The notes under the pieces: generated by a model
Database searches by the model: none
What the model saw: only the letters and a program-made list of their open reading frames with translations
Told to the model about the DNA's origin: nothing
NCBI GenBank assembly: GCA_049516635.1
Contig: JBEKSX010000002.1
Span: 3,768-67,767, forward strand
Length of the DNA: 64,000 nt
DNA from: Ignavibacteria bacterium
GTDB lineage: Bacteria; Bacteroidota; Ignavibacteria; Tepidaquicellales; OLB5
Direction: 5' to 3'
Shown: piece by piece, positions 28,562-37,609 of the stretch
Layout: each line of letters starts with the position of its first letter
How positions within the stretch are numbered: the stretch's first letter is position 1
Program-made: the position numbers and the translations under genes

Positions 28562-29653
28562 TCAGACATACTCAGCAACTTTTTCAACATGCCATCTATT
28601 CAAAGCATACCTGATGATCTGCTGAATAAGATACTCATAATCCCATCCATGAGCTTTAGCGCTTCTGGTGAATCCCGTATCTTCCGGCACATCGGAAGCT
28701 ATATCGGGATTCGGATTCAGCTCGAGAACGTAAGGTACACCATCCTTATATCTCATATCAATGCGTGCATAATCGCATGCACCGAGCAGACGGTAAACTT
28801 TCTTAGCCGTCTCCTGAATTACTTTCACTTCTCTCGCTGTTAAATTTTTTGCAGGGCATATTGCTTTGGTCTTTGCGAACTCAACTGTTTTATACATCCA
28901 TTTCGAATTATAGCTTATTATCTTCGGTAATTCTTCCGGAAGCAATGAAAAATCAATTTCAGATATCGGGAAAGCTATCAAATTATCACCGTTACCCACA
29001 ACCGAAACGTTTATCTCTCTTCCGTCGATAAACTCTTCAACAAGTGCCGGCTGCTTATGTTCGTCAAGAACATATTCGATCCTCTTCTTCAGGTCTGCCC
29101 TGTTCGTTACGATCGATTCATTTGTAATACCGATGCTTGCATCTTCTCTCGAAGGTTTCACGATCATCGGAAATTTATTTCCGTTGATATGTAAAGTATC
29201 CGTACCGGTTGCAACGAAATGTTTCGCAGTCGGGACACCGTTCTGTTCAAGAATTTGTTTTACGAGCGGCTTGTTCAATGCAAGACCGAGAGTAAATGCC
29301 CGCGAACCCGTGTAAGGAATTTTCATCAGCTCATAAAGTGATGCAATGTTCATCTCCTGCGTTGGGTCTCCGTCAACGCTTTCGCAAAGGTTGAAAATGA
29401 CATCGGGCCGGTTCTCATTTAACTCATCAATAAGTTTATTAATATCAAGAGCGAAAGGAACAATCTTGATATTATGCTTCAAAAGCTGCAGTGCCCGCTC
29501 AATGGATCTCATTTCATCCAGCACACCGTACTCGCTCATATCAATTGCATGCGGTAGCTCATCAATATTCACTTTGGTCCTGTCATAAATAGGTTCAGCG
29601 GCATATTGAGTCGGATCGTTGAAAATAATTGATATGTTAAGTTTTTTACTCAT
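28562..29653 (-). CDS. ATP-grasp ligase, D-alanine--D-alanine ligase-like (paralog 1)
   Basis: The 363-aa ORF has PDVIFNLCE, IPYTGS, MIVKPSREDASIGI, VEEFIDGREINV and ARIDMR...VLELNPNP, the ATP-grasp/Ddl-family order. Confidence 0.8.
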   Translation of the reverse strand: MSKKLNISIIFNDPTQYAAEPIYDRTKVNIDELPHAIDMSEYGVLDEMRSIERALQLLKHNIKIVPFALDINKLIDELNENRPDVIFNLCESVDGDPTQEMNIASLYELMKIPYTGSRAFTLGLALNKPLVKQILEQNGVPTAKHFVATGTDTLHINGNKFPMIVKPSREDASIGITNESIVTNRADLKKRIEYVLDEHKQPALVEEFIDGREINVSVVGNGDNLIAFPISEIDFSLLPEELPKIISYNSKWMYKTVEFAKTKAICPAKNLTAREVKVIQETAKKVYRLLGACDYARIDMRYKDGVPYVLELNPNPDIASDVPEDTGFTRSAKAHGWDYEYLIQQIIRYALNRWHVEKVAEYV

Positions 29654-29654
29654 C

Positions 29655-30734
29655 TTATTTTATTTTATACCTTTGAATTGCCAGATTTAGCACAGTGTTA
29701 ATCAAATTGTCATACTCTATACCTGCGGCACGGGCAGCTTTTGGAAAACACGAATTATCGTCCGGATTCGGCAAAATCCCCGGTAACGGGTTCACCTCTA
29801 TTATATAGGGATTTTCATGGGAGTCACACCGGATATCGATCCGCGCCCAATCCTTTATTCTCAATACTTTATAAGCCTGCAGGCAAATATCTTCTATATT
29901 TTTCTTCAGCTTAGGACTTATTTTTGCGGGACAGGTAAAAATATCGAGCTTGTTCTCCCGGGTGTCAAAAAACCATTTTACTTCGTAAGAATATATTTTA
30001 TTAAATCCTTCCGGAACGCAATCCAGATTTATTTCCACTATTGGCAAAACCCTTGTATCGGAACCGTTTCCCAGCATTGCAACGGTGAATTCCCTGCCTT
30101 CCAGAAAATCCTCTATAATAGAGGGCTGACAGTAATCTTTCCATATCCTATCGACCTCGCGGTTGAGTTCATCCTTCGAATGTACAATACAAGTATTATA
30201 AATACCCTTCGATGAACCTTCATGGAGCGGCTTCACAAACCCAGGGAAATTAATCTTATACTGACCGTTAATCCTGCTGTCCGTGATAAAGAAGTTAGGT
30301 GTTGGAATATTATAGTAAGTAAGAATTTCTTTGCATCTTGATTTATCGTGGCAGATACCGATGGTTACCGGGTCACTCGCTGTGTAAGGAATATTAAGAA
30401 GCTCTAATATGGTAGGTAAATAAGATTCTCTTGCCGGACCGCCGTAGCCTTCAGCCAAATTGAAAACGATATCGGGTCTTTCGTTTCTTAATCTTTGATA
30501 TGCATTCTCATCCGCTTCGATGAGAACAACTTTATGACCTGCTTTTTCTAATGCAGAGCGAATTGCATCGATAGTCTCCCTATCATCCCACTCCGCATAT
30601 TTATCGGATAGACGTTCCGAATAATTCTTTACAAGATTATCATCAAAATATTTTTGAAGCTGGTTGTCCCGGGAAGTTTTTGAAACTTCAGCTTCAATTT
30701 CTTTTTTTATATTAAAAGTTATACCAACTTTCAT
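29655..30734 (-). CDS. ATP-grasp ligase, D-alanine--D-alanine ligase-like (paralog 2)
   Basis: The 359-aa ORF has PDIVFNLAE, IPYTAS, GFVKPLHEGSSKGI, IEDFLEGREFTV and ARIDIR...IIEVNPLP. Its stop is 1 nt from the start of paralog 1. Confidence 0.8.
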   Translation of the reverse strand: MKVGITFNIKKEIEAEVSKTSRDNQLQKYFDDNLVKNYSERLSDKYAEWDDRETIDAIRSALEKAGHKVVLIEADENAYQRLRNERPDIVFNLAEGYGGPARESYLPTILELLNIPYTASDPVTIGICHDKSRCKEILTYYNIPTPNFFITDSRINGQYKINFPGFVKPLHEGSSKGIYNTCIVHSKDELNREVDRIWKDYCQPSIIEDFLEGREFTVAMLGNGSDTRVLPIVEINLDCVPEGFNKIYSYEVKWFFDTRENKLDIFTCPAKISPKLKKNIEDICLQAYKVLRIKDWARIDIRCDSHENPYIIEVNPLPGILPNPDDNSCFPKAARAAGIEYDNLINTVLNLAIQRYKIK

Positions 30735-31180
30735 AAAATATTTTATGCAAATATAACATTATACACATCATTGTCAAGATGTTTTACGTTTTTTTTAAAA
30801 TTTATTTTTAAAAATATTTTTAGAGTTTTTTCATTAATATCTCTTTATCTGTACCAAAATATTTTTTTATGAAAAATATTTTTCTATTAAGGTTAGACAA
30901 TCGAAAATGAAAAGAGATTAAAAATATTTTTTACAAAAAGATTTATAATTTATAGTATAACTTCTTCAGTCATATTTAAATTATTCCAATAAAAATAATT
31001 TAAAATACTTTATGAAAAACATAACCAATATACCTTAGACTTTTCTTCTTTCTTCTAATAAAAAGATAAACCGGACTATCCTCTTCATACCTTTTACCTT
31101 TATCTAATACTACGAACTAAATTGAATCTTCAAATGCAATAAAGTATTTTCGTAATCACACAAAGGTAACAAAATCAGAT

Positions 31181-32251
31181 ATGTTCGACAGGTTAGAAAA
31201 AGTCAAAGAAAGATATAACGAGATAGCGGGACTTCTTAATAAACCGGATGCAATGTCCGACCAGAAGGAGTATATCAAATTATCAAAGGAATATTCTGAA
31301 CTTACAGAGATAATAAACACATACGATAATTATAACAAGATTAAGCAGGATCTCGAAAACACCAAACAGCTTATCTACGATACGAACGATTCCGAGATGA
31401 AAGAGCTTGCAAAAGCGGAGGAACTTGAACTGTCTGAAAAACTTCATCTTATCGGAGAAACCTTAAAAGAGCTCCTCGTACCTAAGGACCCCAACGATGC
31501 TAAGAATGCAATACTCGAAATAAGGGCCGGCACGGGCGGTGAGGAGGCAGCGCTCTTTGCCGCAGACCTTTACCGGATGTACACAAGGTATGCCGAGAGA
31601 GTGGGATGGAAAATGGATACCATCACATTCAACGAATCATCGGGTTTGGGCGGATTAAAGGAGGTCATAGTTAACGTCACCGGGAAAAACGTATACGGCA
31701 CCCTAAAATACGAAAGCGGCGTACACAGGGTACAAAGAGTGCCTGTAACAGAAGCCCAGGGGAGGGTTCACACTTCCGCTGCATCGGTAGCTGTATTGCC
31801 TGAAGCAGAGGAGGTTGATGTTGAAATCAATCCAACTGATCTAAAAATTGATGTATACCGCTCCGGCGGTGCAGGCGGACAAAATGTTAACAAGGTGGAA
31901 ACAGCGATACGCATTACGCACATACCCACCGGTGTGGTTGTTACCTGCCAGGATGAACGCTCACAGCTGAAGAATAAGCAAAAGGCAATGAAGATACTGC
32001 GTTCAAGACTGCTTGAAGCAGAAATAGAAAAACAGGATAAAGAGGTATCCGATAAACGTAAATTGATGGTAAGAAGCGGTGACAGAAGCGATAAGATAAG
32101 AACATACAACTTCCCACAGAACAGAGTTACAGATCATCGAATTGGACTGACTCTATATAACCTTTCTCAAATTATTGATGGTGACATCGACGAGCTTATC
32201 GAGAAACTAAAGATAGCGGATAGAGCCGAGAAGCTGTCTGAAAGTAATTAA
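31181..32251 (+). CDS. prfA: peptide chain release factor 1
   Basis: The 356-aa ORF has GGQNVNKVETA (the GGQ motif) and the RF1-type tripeptide region PVTEAQGRVHTS. Confidence 0.95.
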   Translation: MFDRLEKVKERYNEIAGLLNKPDAMSDQKEYIKLSKEYSELTEIINTYDNYNKIKQDLENTKQLIYDTNDSEMKELAKAEELELSEKLHLIGETLKELLVPKDPNDAKNAILEIRAGTGGEEAALFAADLYRMYTRYAERVGWKMDTITFNESSGLGGLKEVIVNVTGKNVYGTLKYESGVHRVQRVPVTEAQGRVHTSAASVAVLPEAEEVDVEINPTDLKIDVYRSGGAGGQNVNKVETAIRITHIPTGVVVTCQDERSQLKNKQKAMKILRSRLLEAEIEKQDKEVSDKRKLMVRSGDRSDKIRTYNFPQNRVTDHRIGLTLYNLSQIIDGDIDELIEKLKIADRAEKLSESN

Positions 32252-32357
32252 TACTCAATTATTTCAATATTGAAGACACAGGAGTTTATGATATTAATTC
32301 CCGGTAAATATTGACACTTTGTACATTTTAGGCAATATTTGAAAAAACCGGAATACA

Positions 32358-32588
32358 ATGTCAAAATCAATTACTCTCAATCTCGATAATAATGTATTTA
32401 AACTCTTTGAAGAAGCTGCAAAGGACGAAGGAAGAAGTCTTGCCAGTTTCATAGAATTTGCCGCACTCTCATACTTAGCAAATGAAAATTATAACGAGAA
32501 TGAAAAGAAAACGGAGATCGTCATAGATAAGAAATTTATTCATAGCATAACGAAGGGTTTAATAGATTCTAAAAAAATTAAGATTTGA
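32358..32588 (+). CDS. ribbon-helix-helix (CopG/antitoxin-like) protein
   Basis: In the 76-aa ORF, the N-terminal ITLNLDNNVFKLFEEAAKDEGRSLASFIEFAAL fits a beta-strand plus two helices, the RHH pattern. No intact toxin gene is adjacent. Confidence 0.45.
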   Translation: MSKSITLNLDNNVFKLFEEAAKDEGRSLASFIEFAALSYLANENYNENEKKTEIVIDKKFIHSITKGLIDSKKIKI

Positions 32589-32978
32589 ACTTTTGGTTAA
32601 GCTTAATATTTAAAAACTCAAAATCATTTATAAACAACAATGGCAATCAAACACATCACGCATCACATCAAAAGTAAAGTATCCTACGCAAAGGAAGCAA
32701 TAAGAGAATAAAGATAAGGAGATGCTTGAGATGATAATAAATGCTCTCGTCTCCGCAGATGAAATGCATAAGAAAATTGCTCTGGGCAAACTGAAATACA
32801 CGGGATTAAACCTTGAGCTCGGCTTACCGCCGAAGGTGGTAATAAAGTTTGCGGGGTATACAGCAGGTTATCGATGTAAAAATTCTCATATCTGAATTCT
32901 CTTCCCACAAATTACATTTCTTACATAGTTGTTCTGATTTGTAATCAATAAATTAATTGCAGTAAACTAATTATTTAC

Positions 32979-33338
32979 ATGACCAATCAACACATCGAAA
33001 TCACGGATGAATTCGTGAAGAAAAAAGTCTCAACAGGCAGGCAGTATATACTCGTGCATTTAATAAAAGGTCCGAAATATGAATCAGATCCTGAATCGGC
33101 AGATGAAATCCAAAAAGCACACCTGCGTTTTTTGTTCAAGCTTAAAGAAGAAGGTAAATTATTGCTTGTCGGACCTCTTATGGAGAAAACCGACCTGAGA
33201 GGCATAGCTATCTATAACATACAAGAACCGGAAGAAGTGAAAAAAATCGCATCAGAAGATCCTGCAGTACAGGCAGGATTGTTTACAATAGAGATCTACC
33301 GCTGGTTCGGGATACCGGGAGACGGCCTGCCATTATAA
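32979..33338 (+). CDS. YciI-family protein
   Basis: The 119-aa ORF has the pattern H..FL..L.E.GKL...GP......G..I and a size typical of the YCII domain. Confidence 0.65.
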   Translation: MTNQHIEITDEFVKKKVSTGRQYILVHLIKGPKYESDPESADEIQKAHLRFLFKLKEEGKLLLVGPLMEKTDLRGIAIYNIQEPEEVKKIASEDPAVQAGLFTIEIYRWFGIPGDGLPL

Positions 33339-33443
33339 AATAATTCGATATTATTTATATCTCTTGAGATTTTTTAGCCCGCAGGATTGTTATCTCATTC
33401 ACCCCTGTGTACTTAAATAATTATAGTTTAACTATATAATTAT

Positions 33444-33908
33444 ATGAAAAAAACGTTTAAAATAGGGCTTTATGTTTTAATTATTTTGTTCCTTTTGATA
33501 CAGATCTATCGCCCCGAAAGGACACGGACGGACGAGATCACAAAAGACCATTTAACTAAAGTAATGAACGTTCCGGATAATGTTCAGAGCATTCTGAAAC
33601 ACTCATGTTATAACTGTCATTCGGAACAGACGGAATGGCCATGGTACAGCAATGTAGCTCCAGTCTCATGGCTCGTAATTTCAGACGTTACCGGTGCCAG
33701 GGCTAAAATGAATTTCAGCCAATTCGGAAAATACGCTAAAGATAAACAGGCAATCAAGCTCAGCAGGATCTGTGACCGCATTACCGATAAAGATATGCCC
33801 CCGACTAAATATACGATGATACATACGGATGCAGTTCTTTCGCAGGAAGACAGAGATATACTTTGCAAATGGGCAAATGCCGTATCGGATACGCTCGGAA
33901 GCAACTAA
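33444..33908 (+). CDS. haem-binding domain protein
   Basis: The 154-aa ORF has an N-terminal TM anchor and CYNCHSEQTEWPWYSNVAPVSWLV, which matches the Haem_bd family signature (CxxCHS..T.WPWYS). Confidence 0.7.
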   Translation: MKKTFKIGLYVLIILFLLIQIYRPERTRTDEITKDHLTKVMNVPDNVQSILKHSCYNCHSEQTEWPWYSNVAPVSWLVISDVTGARAKMNFSQFGKYAKDKQAIKLSRICDRITDKDMPPTKYTMIHTDAVLSQEDRDILCKWANAVSDTLGSN

Positions 33909-33962
33909 GATATATCTCTTTTTAAAAATATACTTTTTAAAATCTAACTAAAGGAGGAACTA

Positions 33963-34490
33963 ATGAAACAGCAAATTTTTTTCATCATTACTTTAATCTT
34001 TTTTGCTGCAGTAAGTCTTAAGACTTATTCACAGGATGATATGGCACCACCTAAACCTGCCGACAACAAAGTTATGGATGCTATGGTAGGCGACTGGACC
34101 GGCGAAAGTACAATGATGGGTATGAAATTCACCGATGATATGAAAAGTTACTGGGCGATGAACCACCAGTATATTATTATGGAGAGCGCCATGACAAGCA
34201 AAGATAATCCAAAAACCAAGTATTCGGGCATAGGAATTCTCGGCTTAGACAAGGACGGGAATCCTGTAATGTGGTGGTTCGATGACTGGGGCGCATCGGC
34301 TATGATGAGCGGGGCGGGAACGTTTGACGGAATGAAGTGTCATATTATATCGACAGGTGCGATGGGTAAGGATGACAGAACGATATCGTTCAAAGAAGGA
34401 AATCTGGTGATGAGCTGGGAAGAAACCATGAAAGCCAAGGACGGCAAAGATATGACGATGAGCGGAGAAACGGTATACAAGAAAAAATAA
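33963..34490 (+). CDS. secreted DUF1579-like protein
   Basis: The 175-aa ORF has a signal peptide and a Met-rich lipocalin-like domain containing GDWTGE...M. This is a motif-level resemblance only. Confidence 0.4.
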   Translation: MKQQIFFIITLIFFAAVSLKTYSQDDMAPPKPADNKVMDAMVGDWTGESTMMGMKFTDDMKSYWAMNHQYIIMESAMTSKDNPKTKYSGIGILGLDKDGNPVMWWFDDWGASAMMSGAGTFDGMKCHIISTGAMGKDDRTISFKEGNLVMSWEETMKAKDGKDMTMSGETVYKKK

Positions 34491-34694
34491 AAGTTTCATA
34501 TCAAGCTATGTTATCAAGACTTCAGGGGTCTAACAGACATCTGAAGTCTTTTTTATTTTAGATGCATACCTAATAAGGAAAGCATTTGAACATCTAAGTT
34601 TCAAAGTGAGTTAATCTAATTTAGATAGAAAGACATTTTGTTATTTAGTATCTTGCAGAACAAAATTTAATATTTTTCACTAGAAACTGGATAA

Positions 34695-36239
34695 TTGAAA
34701 CGCTTTTTACAATCCCCCTTCAATATTCTTATTTTTCTTCTGGTATTAATCGGTACATTTTTACATTTCGCACCATTCTTAACATATCAAAGGTTAGTAT
34801 ATTCGATATCCGAGGACGGTTATTATATGCTGACAATAGCCCGTAATATCGCTGAAGGTCACGGCATGAGCACGGCGAACGGAACGATTCCAACAAACGG
34901 AACACAGCCCCTGGTCACATTCATCCTGGCAGGAATATTTTATTTTGCCAGCGGAGAAAAGATACTTTCCCTACAACTGATCGTAATAATGCAATGGATA
35001 ATAGCGGTGATCACATCGGTTCTGATATATAGATTGGGTATTCGTTTGTTCAGTGACAAGCCCGAAGGAAAGAGAATATCAATGCTGGCAGCTGCCGTCT
35101 GGTATTCGGGCCCCATGACCCTGATGCATACGATGAACGGGCTTGAAACGGAATGGTATACGCTTATAGTGGTTTTTATCACCACAATAATTATTTTTCG
35201 AAATGAAACGCTCAACCTGCGTTTTTCCATACTCATCGGTTTTTTTTTCGGGATAGCTTTCTGGATCAGAAATGATGCTATCTTCCTGATTTCAGCTATC
35301 GGACTTGTTCTTTTGATGCCCGGACTATACCCGATGAGCATCGGTTTCGTGAAGCGTCTGGCTTATGTTATTATGATAGGTCTGACCTCTTTCATCATCG
35401 CTTCACCCTGGCTGATATATAATAAGCTTAGCTTCGGAAGAATAATGCCTATTAGCGGTTACGCCCAGATGTTCGAAGTCAGGTATGGAGGTAATTTTAT
35501 CAACCTCCCAAGGATCATTGTGGAATACATCGTGATGTTTATTCCTATACCCTATGGAGCACAAAAGTATTTACCGGTGTTTATATTCTGTGTTTTATTC
35601 ATCGTTGCAACATTTATAATCGTACAGAGATACTACAAAATTGCAAATGTATATCAAAAGCGTGCTATACTCATTAGCGGAATTTTTCTCATTTTTCTGT
35701 GTAACTTTTACGGAACGGTATTTGATTCCTATTATTTTCTCCCGCGTCATCTTTTCCCACCCACCGCATTTATGATACTCGGATGGGCACTGGCAATATT
35801 CTACGGAACCGGAAAGTTGCGGTTGAAATTTAAATATACACCGATGATATGCGGCATAGCTTTTTTGATTATCGTATCGGCTATATCGGTGATAAGGCTC
35901 AACCAGTCGAACTTCCATATGCATTTTCAGGAAGTGGATTGGGTTAAGAACAATCTCGGAGATGATGTCTGGGTAGCATCATTCCAGTCAGGTGCACTGG
36001 GTTATTTTCATGATAAGACCATTAATCTCGACGGTAAGGTAAATCCCGAAGCCTTGAGAGCACGGCAGCGTAACCGTATGCCTGACTATATACTTGAGAA
36101 AAAGGTCACATATCTTGTTGATTGGGTAAACCTCGCTGAGTGGCTGTCTTATACGAAAGTAAGCAGCAATTTTGAAGTTATAATTTGTGATCCGGTAAAA
36201 AATCTCACCGTATTAAAGAGAAAAGGAGACACAGATTAA
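34695..36239 (+). CDS. GT-C-fold membrane glycosyltransferase-like protein (ArnT/PMT family-like)
   Basis: The 514-aa ORF has more than 10 TM helices and an acidic first-loop motif SEDGYYML. It starts at TTG. Confidence 0.5.
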   Translation: MKRFLQSPFNILIFLLVLIGTFLHFAPFLTYQRLVYSISEDGYYMLTIARNIAEGHGMSTANGTIPTNGTQPLVTFILAGIFYFASGEKILSLQLIVIMQWIIAVITSVLIYRLGIRLFSDKPEGKRISMLAAAVWYSGPMTLMHTMNGLETEWYTLIVVFITTIIIFRNETLNLRFSILIGFFFGIAFWIRNDAIFLISAIGLVLLMPGLYPMSIGFVKRLAYVIMIGLTSFIIASPWLIYNKLSFGRIMPISGYAQMFEVRYGGNFINLPRIIVEYIVMFIPIPYGAQKYLPVFIFCVLFIVATFIIVQRYYKIANVYQKRAILISGIFLIFLCNFYGTVFDSYYFLPRHLFPPTAFMILGWALAIFYGTGKLRLKFKYTPMICGIAFLIIVSAISVIRLNQSNFHMHFQEVDWVKNNLGDDVWVASFQSGALGYFHDKTINLDGKVNPEALRARQRNRMPDYILEKKVTYLVDWVNLAEWLSYTKVSSNFEVIICDPVKNLTVLKRKGDTD

Positions 36240-36346
36240 TATTTAATTGTAAGAAGAAGAAGGGCTTTAAATATTCAGCACAAAATAATTCCAATATATG
36301 AAAAAAATTTTACCCGAAATGGAAATGTACAGAAAGAAAAGAAGAA

Positions 36347-37249
36347 TTAGATCACCGTTCTCAGTGCATCGAGTGCTCCGGGAAATTGAAATTCATACCC
36401 AAAATGCTGAAGCTTTTTGGGGAGGGCTTTTCTGCCTGTAAGTACAAGCTCTGACATTTCACCGAAAAGAATTTTCATGAGAAATGCCGGCACTGGAAAA
36501 TATGAAGGGCGATGAAGAACTTTCCCCAATTCAAAGCAAAAATCCTTCATCATCAAAGGATTGGGAGAAATTGCGTTTACTGCTTTGCGGATATCGTTAT
36601 GATCGAGTACGAACAGATAGGTCCCGATAATATCATTAATGTGTATCCACGAAAAATATTGTTTCCCGTTCCCGGGATAACCTCCCGCAAAAAATTTGAA
36701 CGGTAAAGCCATTTTTTTAAGTGCGGGTGAATCAGGTGCCAGGACAAAACCGGTTCTTACAAGTACAACCCTTACGCCTGCTTTTTCCGCTCGCTGTGCT
36801 TCAGCTTCCCAATCAGCAGTGAGCTTAGCAGCAAAAGATGTTCCCGGCGGGGAATCTTCGTAAATATCCCTGTCCCCAGTATCTCCATAATAATCCACAC
36901 CCGATGCATTTACCAGAACTTCAGGTTTGTTCGTCATGGAATTAATAAAGTCTACTATTTTTCTCGTTGTATGGATCCTGGAATAATATAACTGCTTCTT
37001 AATTTTCTCATTCCATCTTTTCACTCCCATGTTCATTCCGGCAAGATTGATAACACCATGTAAGGATTCGTTATTCAACGATGTTAAATTGTTCCAGTTC
37101 ACAATTTTCTTGACATCGGGAAGTTTTAGTCTTGTAGAAATATCATCACGTGTAACTGCAATGACATCATCCCCCCTGGAGCGAAGAGCAAGTACTATCC
37201 GCGGACCGATCAATCCTGTGGCGCCCGTAATTAACATTGTTTTAGACAT
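36347..37249 (-). CDS. TIGR01777-family NAD-dependent epimerase/dehydratase (YfcH-like)
   Basis: The 300-aa ORF has LITGATGLIG and a C-terminal DUF1731-like ...LPKKLQHFGYEFQFP.LDALR. Confidence 0.8.
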   Translation of the reverse strand: MSKTMLITGATGLIGPRIVLALRSRGDDVIAVTRDDISTRLKLPDVKKIVNWNNLTSLNNESLHGVINLAGMNMGVKRWNEKIKKQLYYSRIHTTRKIVDFINSMTNKPEVLVNASGVDYYGDTGDRDIYEDSPPGTSFAAKLTADWEAEAQRAEKAGVRVVLVRTGFVLAPDSPALKKMALPFKFFAGGYPGNGKQYFSWIHINDIIGTYLFVLDHNDIRKAVNAISPNPLMMKDFCFELGKVLHRPSYFPVPAFLMKILFGEMSELVLTGRKALPKKLQHFGYEFQFPGALDALRTVI

Positions 37250-37302
37250 TCTATATTAATATCTATTTAAATTTAACTCATAAAATCGATTAAATAACCT
37301 CA

Positions 37303-37333
37303 ATAAATAAAACAAGGGAGCACGCTCCCTTGT
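37303..37333 (-). terminator. orphan intrinsic terminator (no annotated upstream ORF)
   Basis: The minus-strand 9-bp stem acaagggag/ctcccttgt has a 4-nt loop and is followed by TTTATTTAT. The nearest upstream region on that strand (37334-37609) has no ORF of 60 aa or more. Confidence 0.5.
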
Positions 37334-37609
37334 ATAATGACAATAATCTTATTTTAATTTATTTCTTTTTAGATAAAAGTCCCGTTCGGCGAGTAAGTTT
37401 CATTTTTCTCAGCGAGGATAGTCCGATTTCAGCGAAGTGATTTGTACCTACCTGGTCTAATTAGGCCGTTAAGAGACTCATAATTGCCTCTTAGTACAAA
37501 TGGTGTATATTCCATAGTATTTTAGAAACTTGTTAAAATATATCATCATAATTTCAGAAAATGAATTATCTTTTAAATAATATGCATTTATGTTATTTTT
37601 TGGTTTAAT

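Noticed and set aside
30735-31180. A lysine (L-box) riboswitch ahead of the KamA-containing operon.
   Set aside because: The leader is almost pure A/T and has no GC-paired helices or conserved L-box segments.
32684-32908. A 74-aa minus-strand ORF downstream of the RHH gene.
   Set aside because: It has no recognisable motif and its composition is atypical for this genome's proteins. It overlaps the region better explained as decayed sequence.
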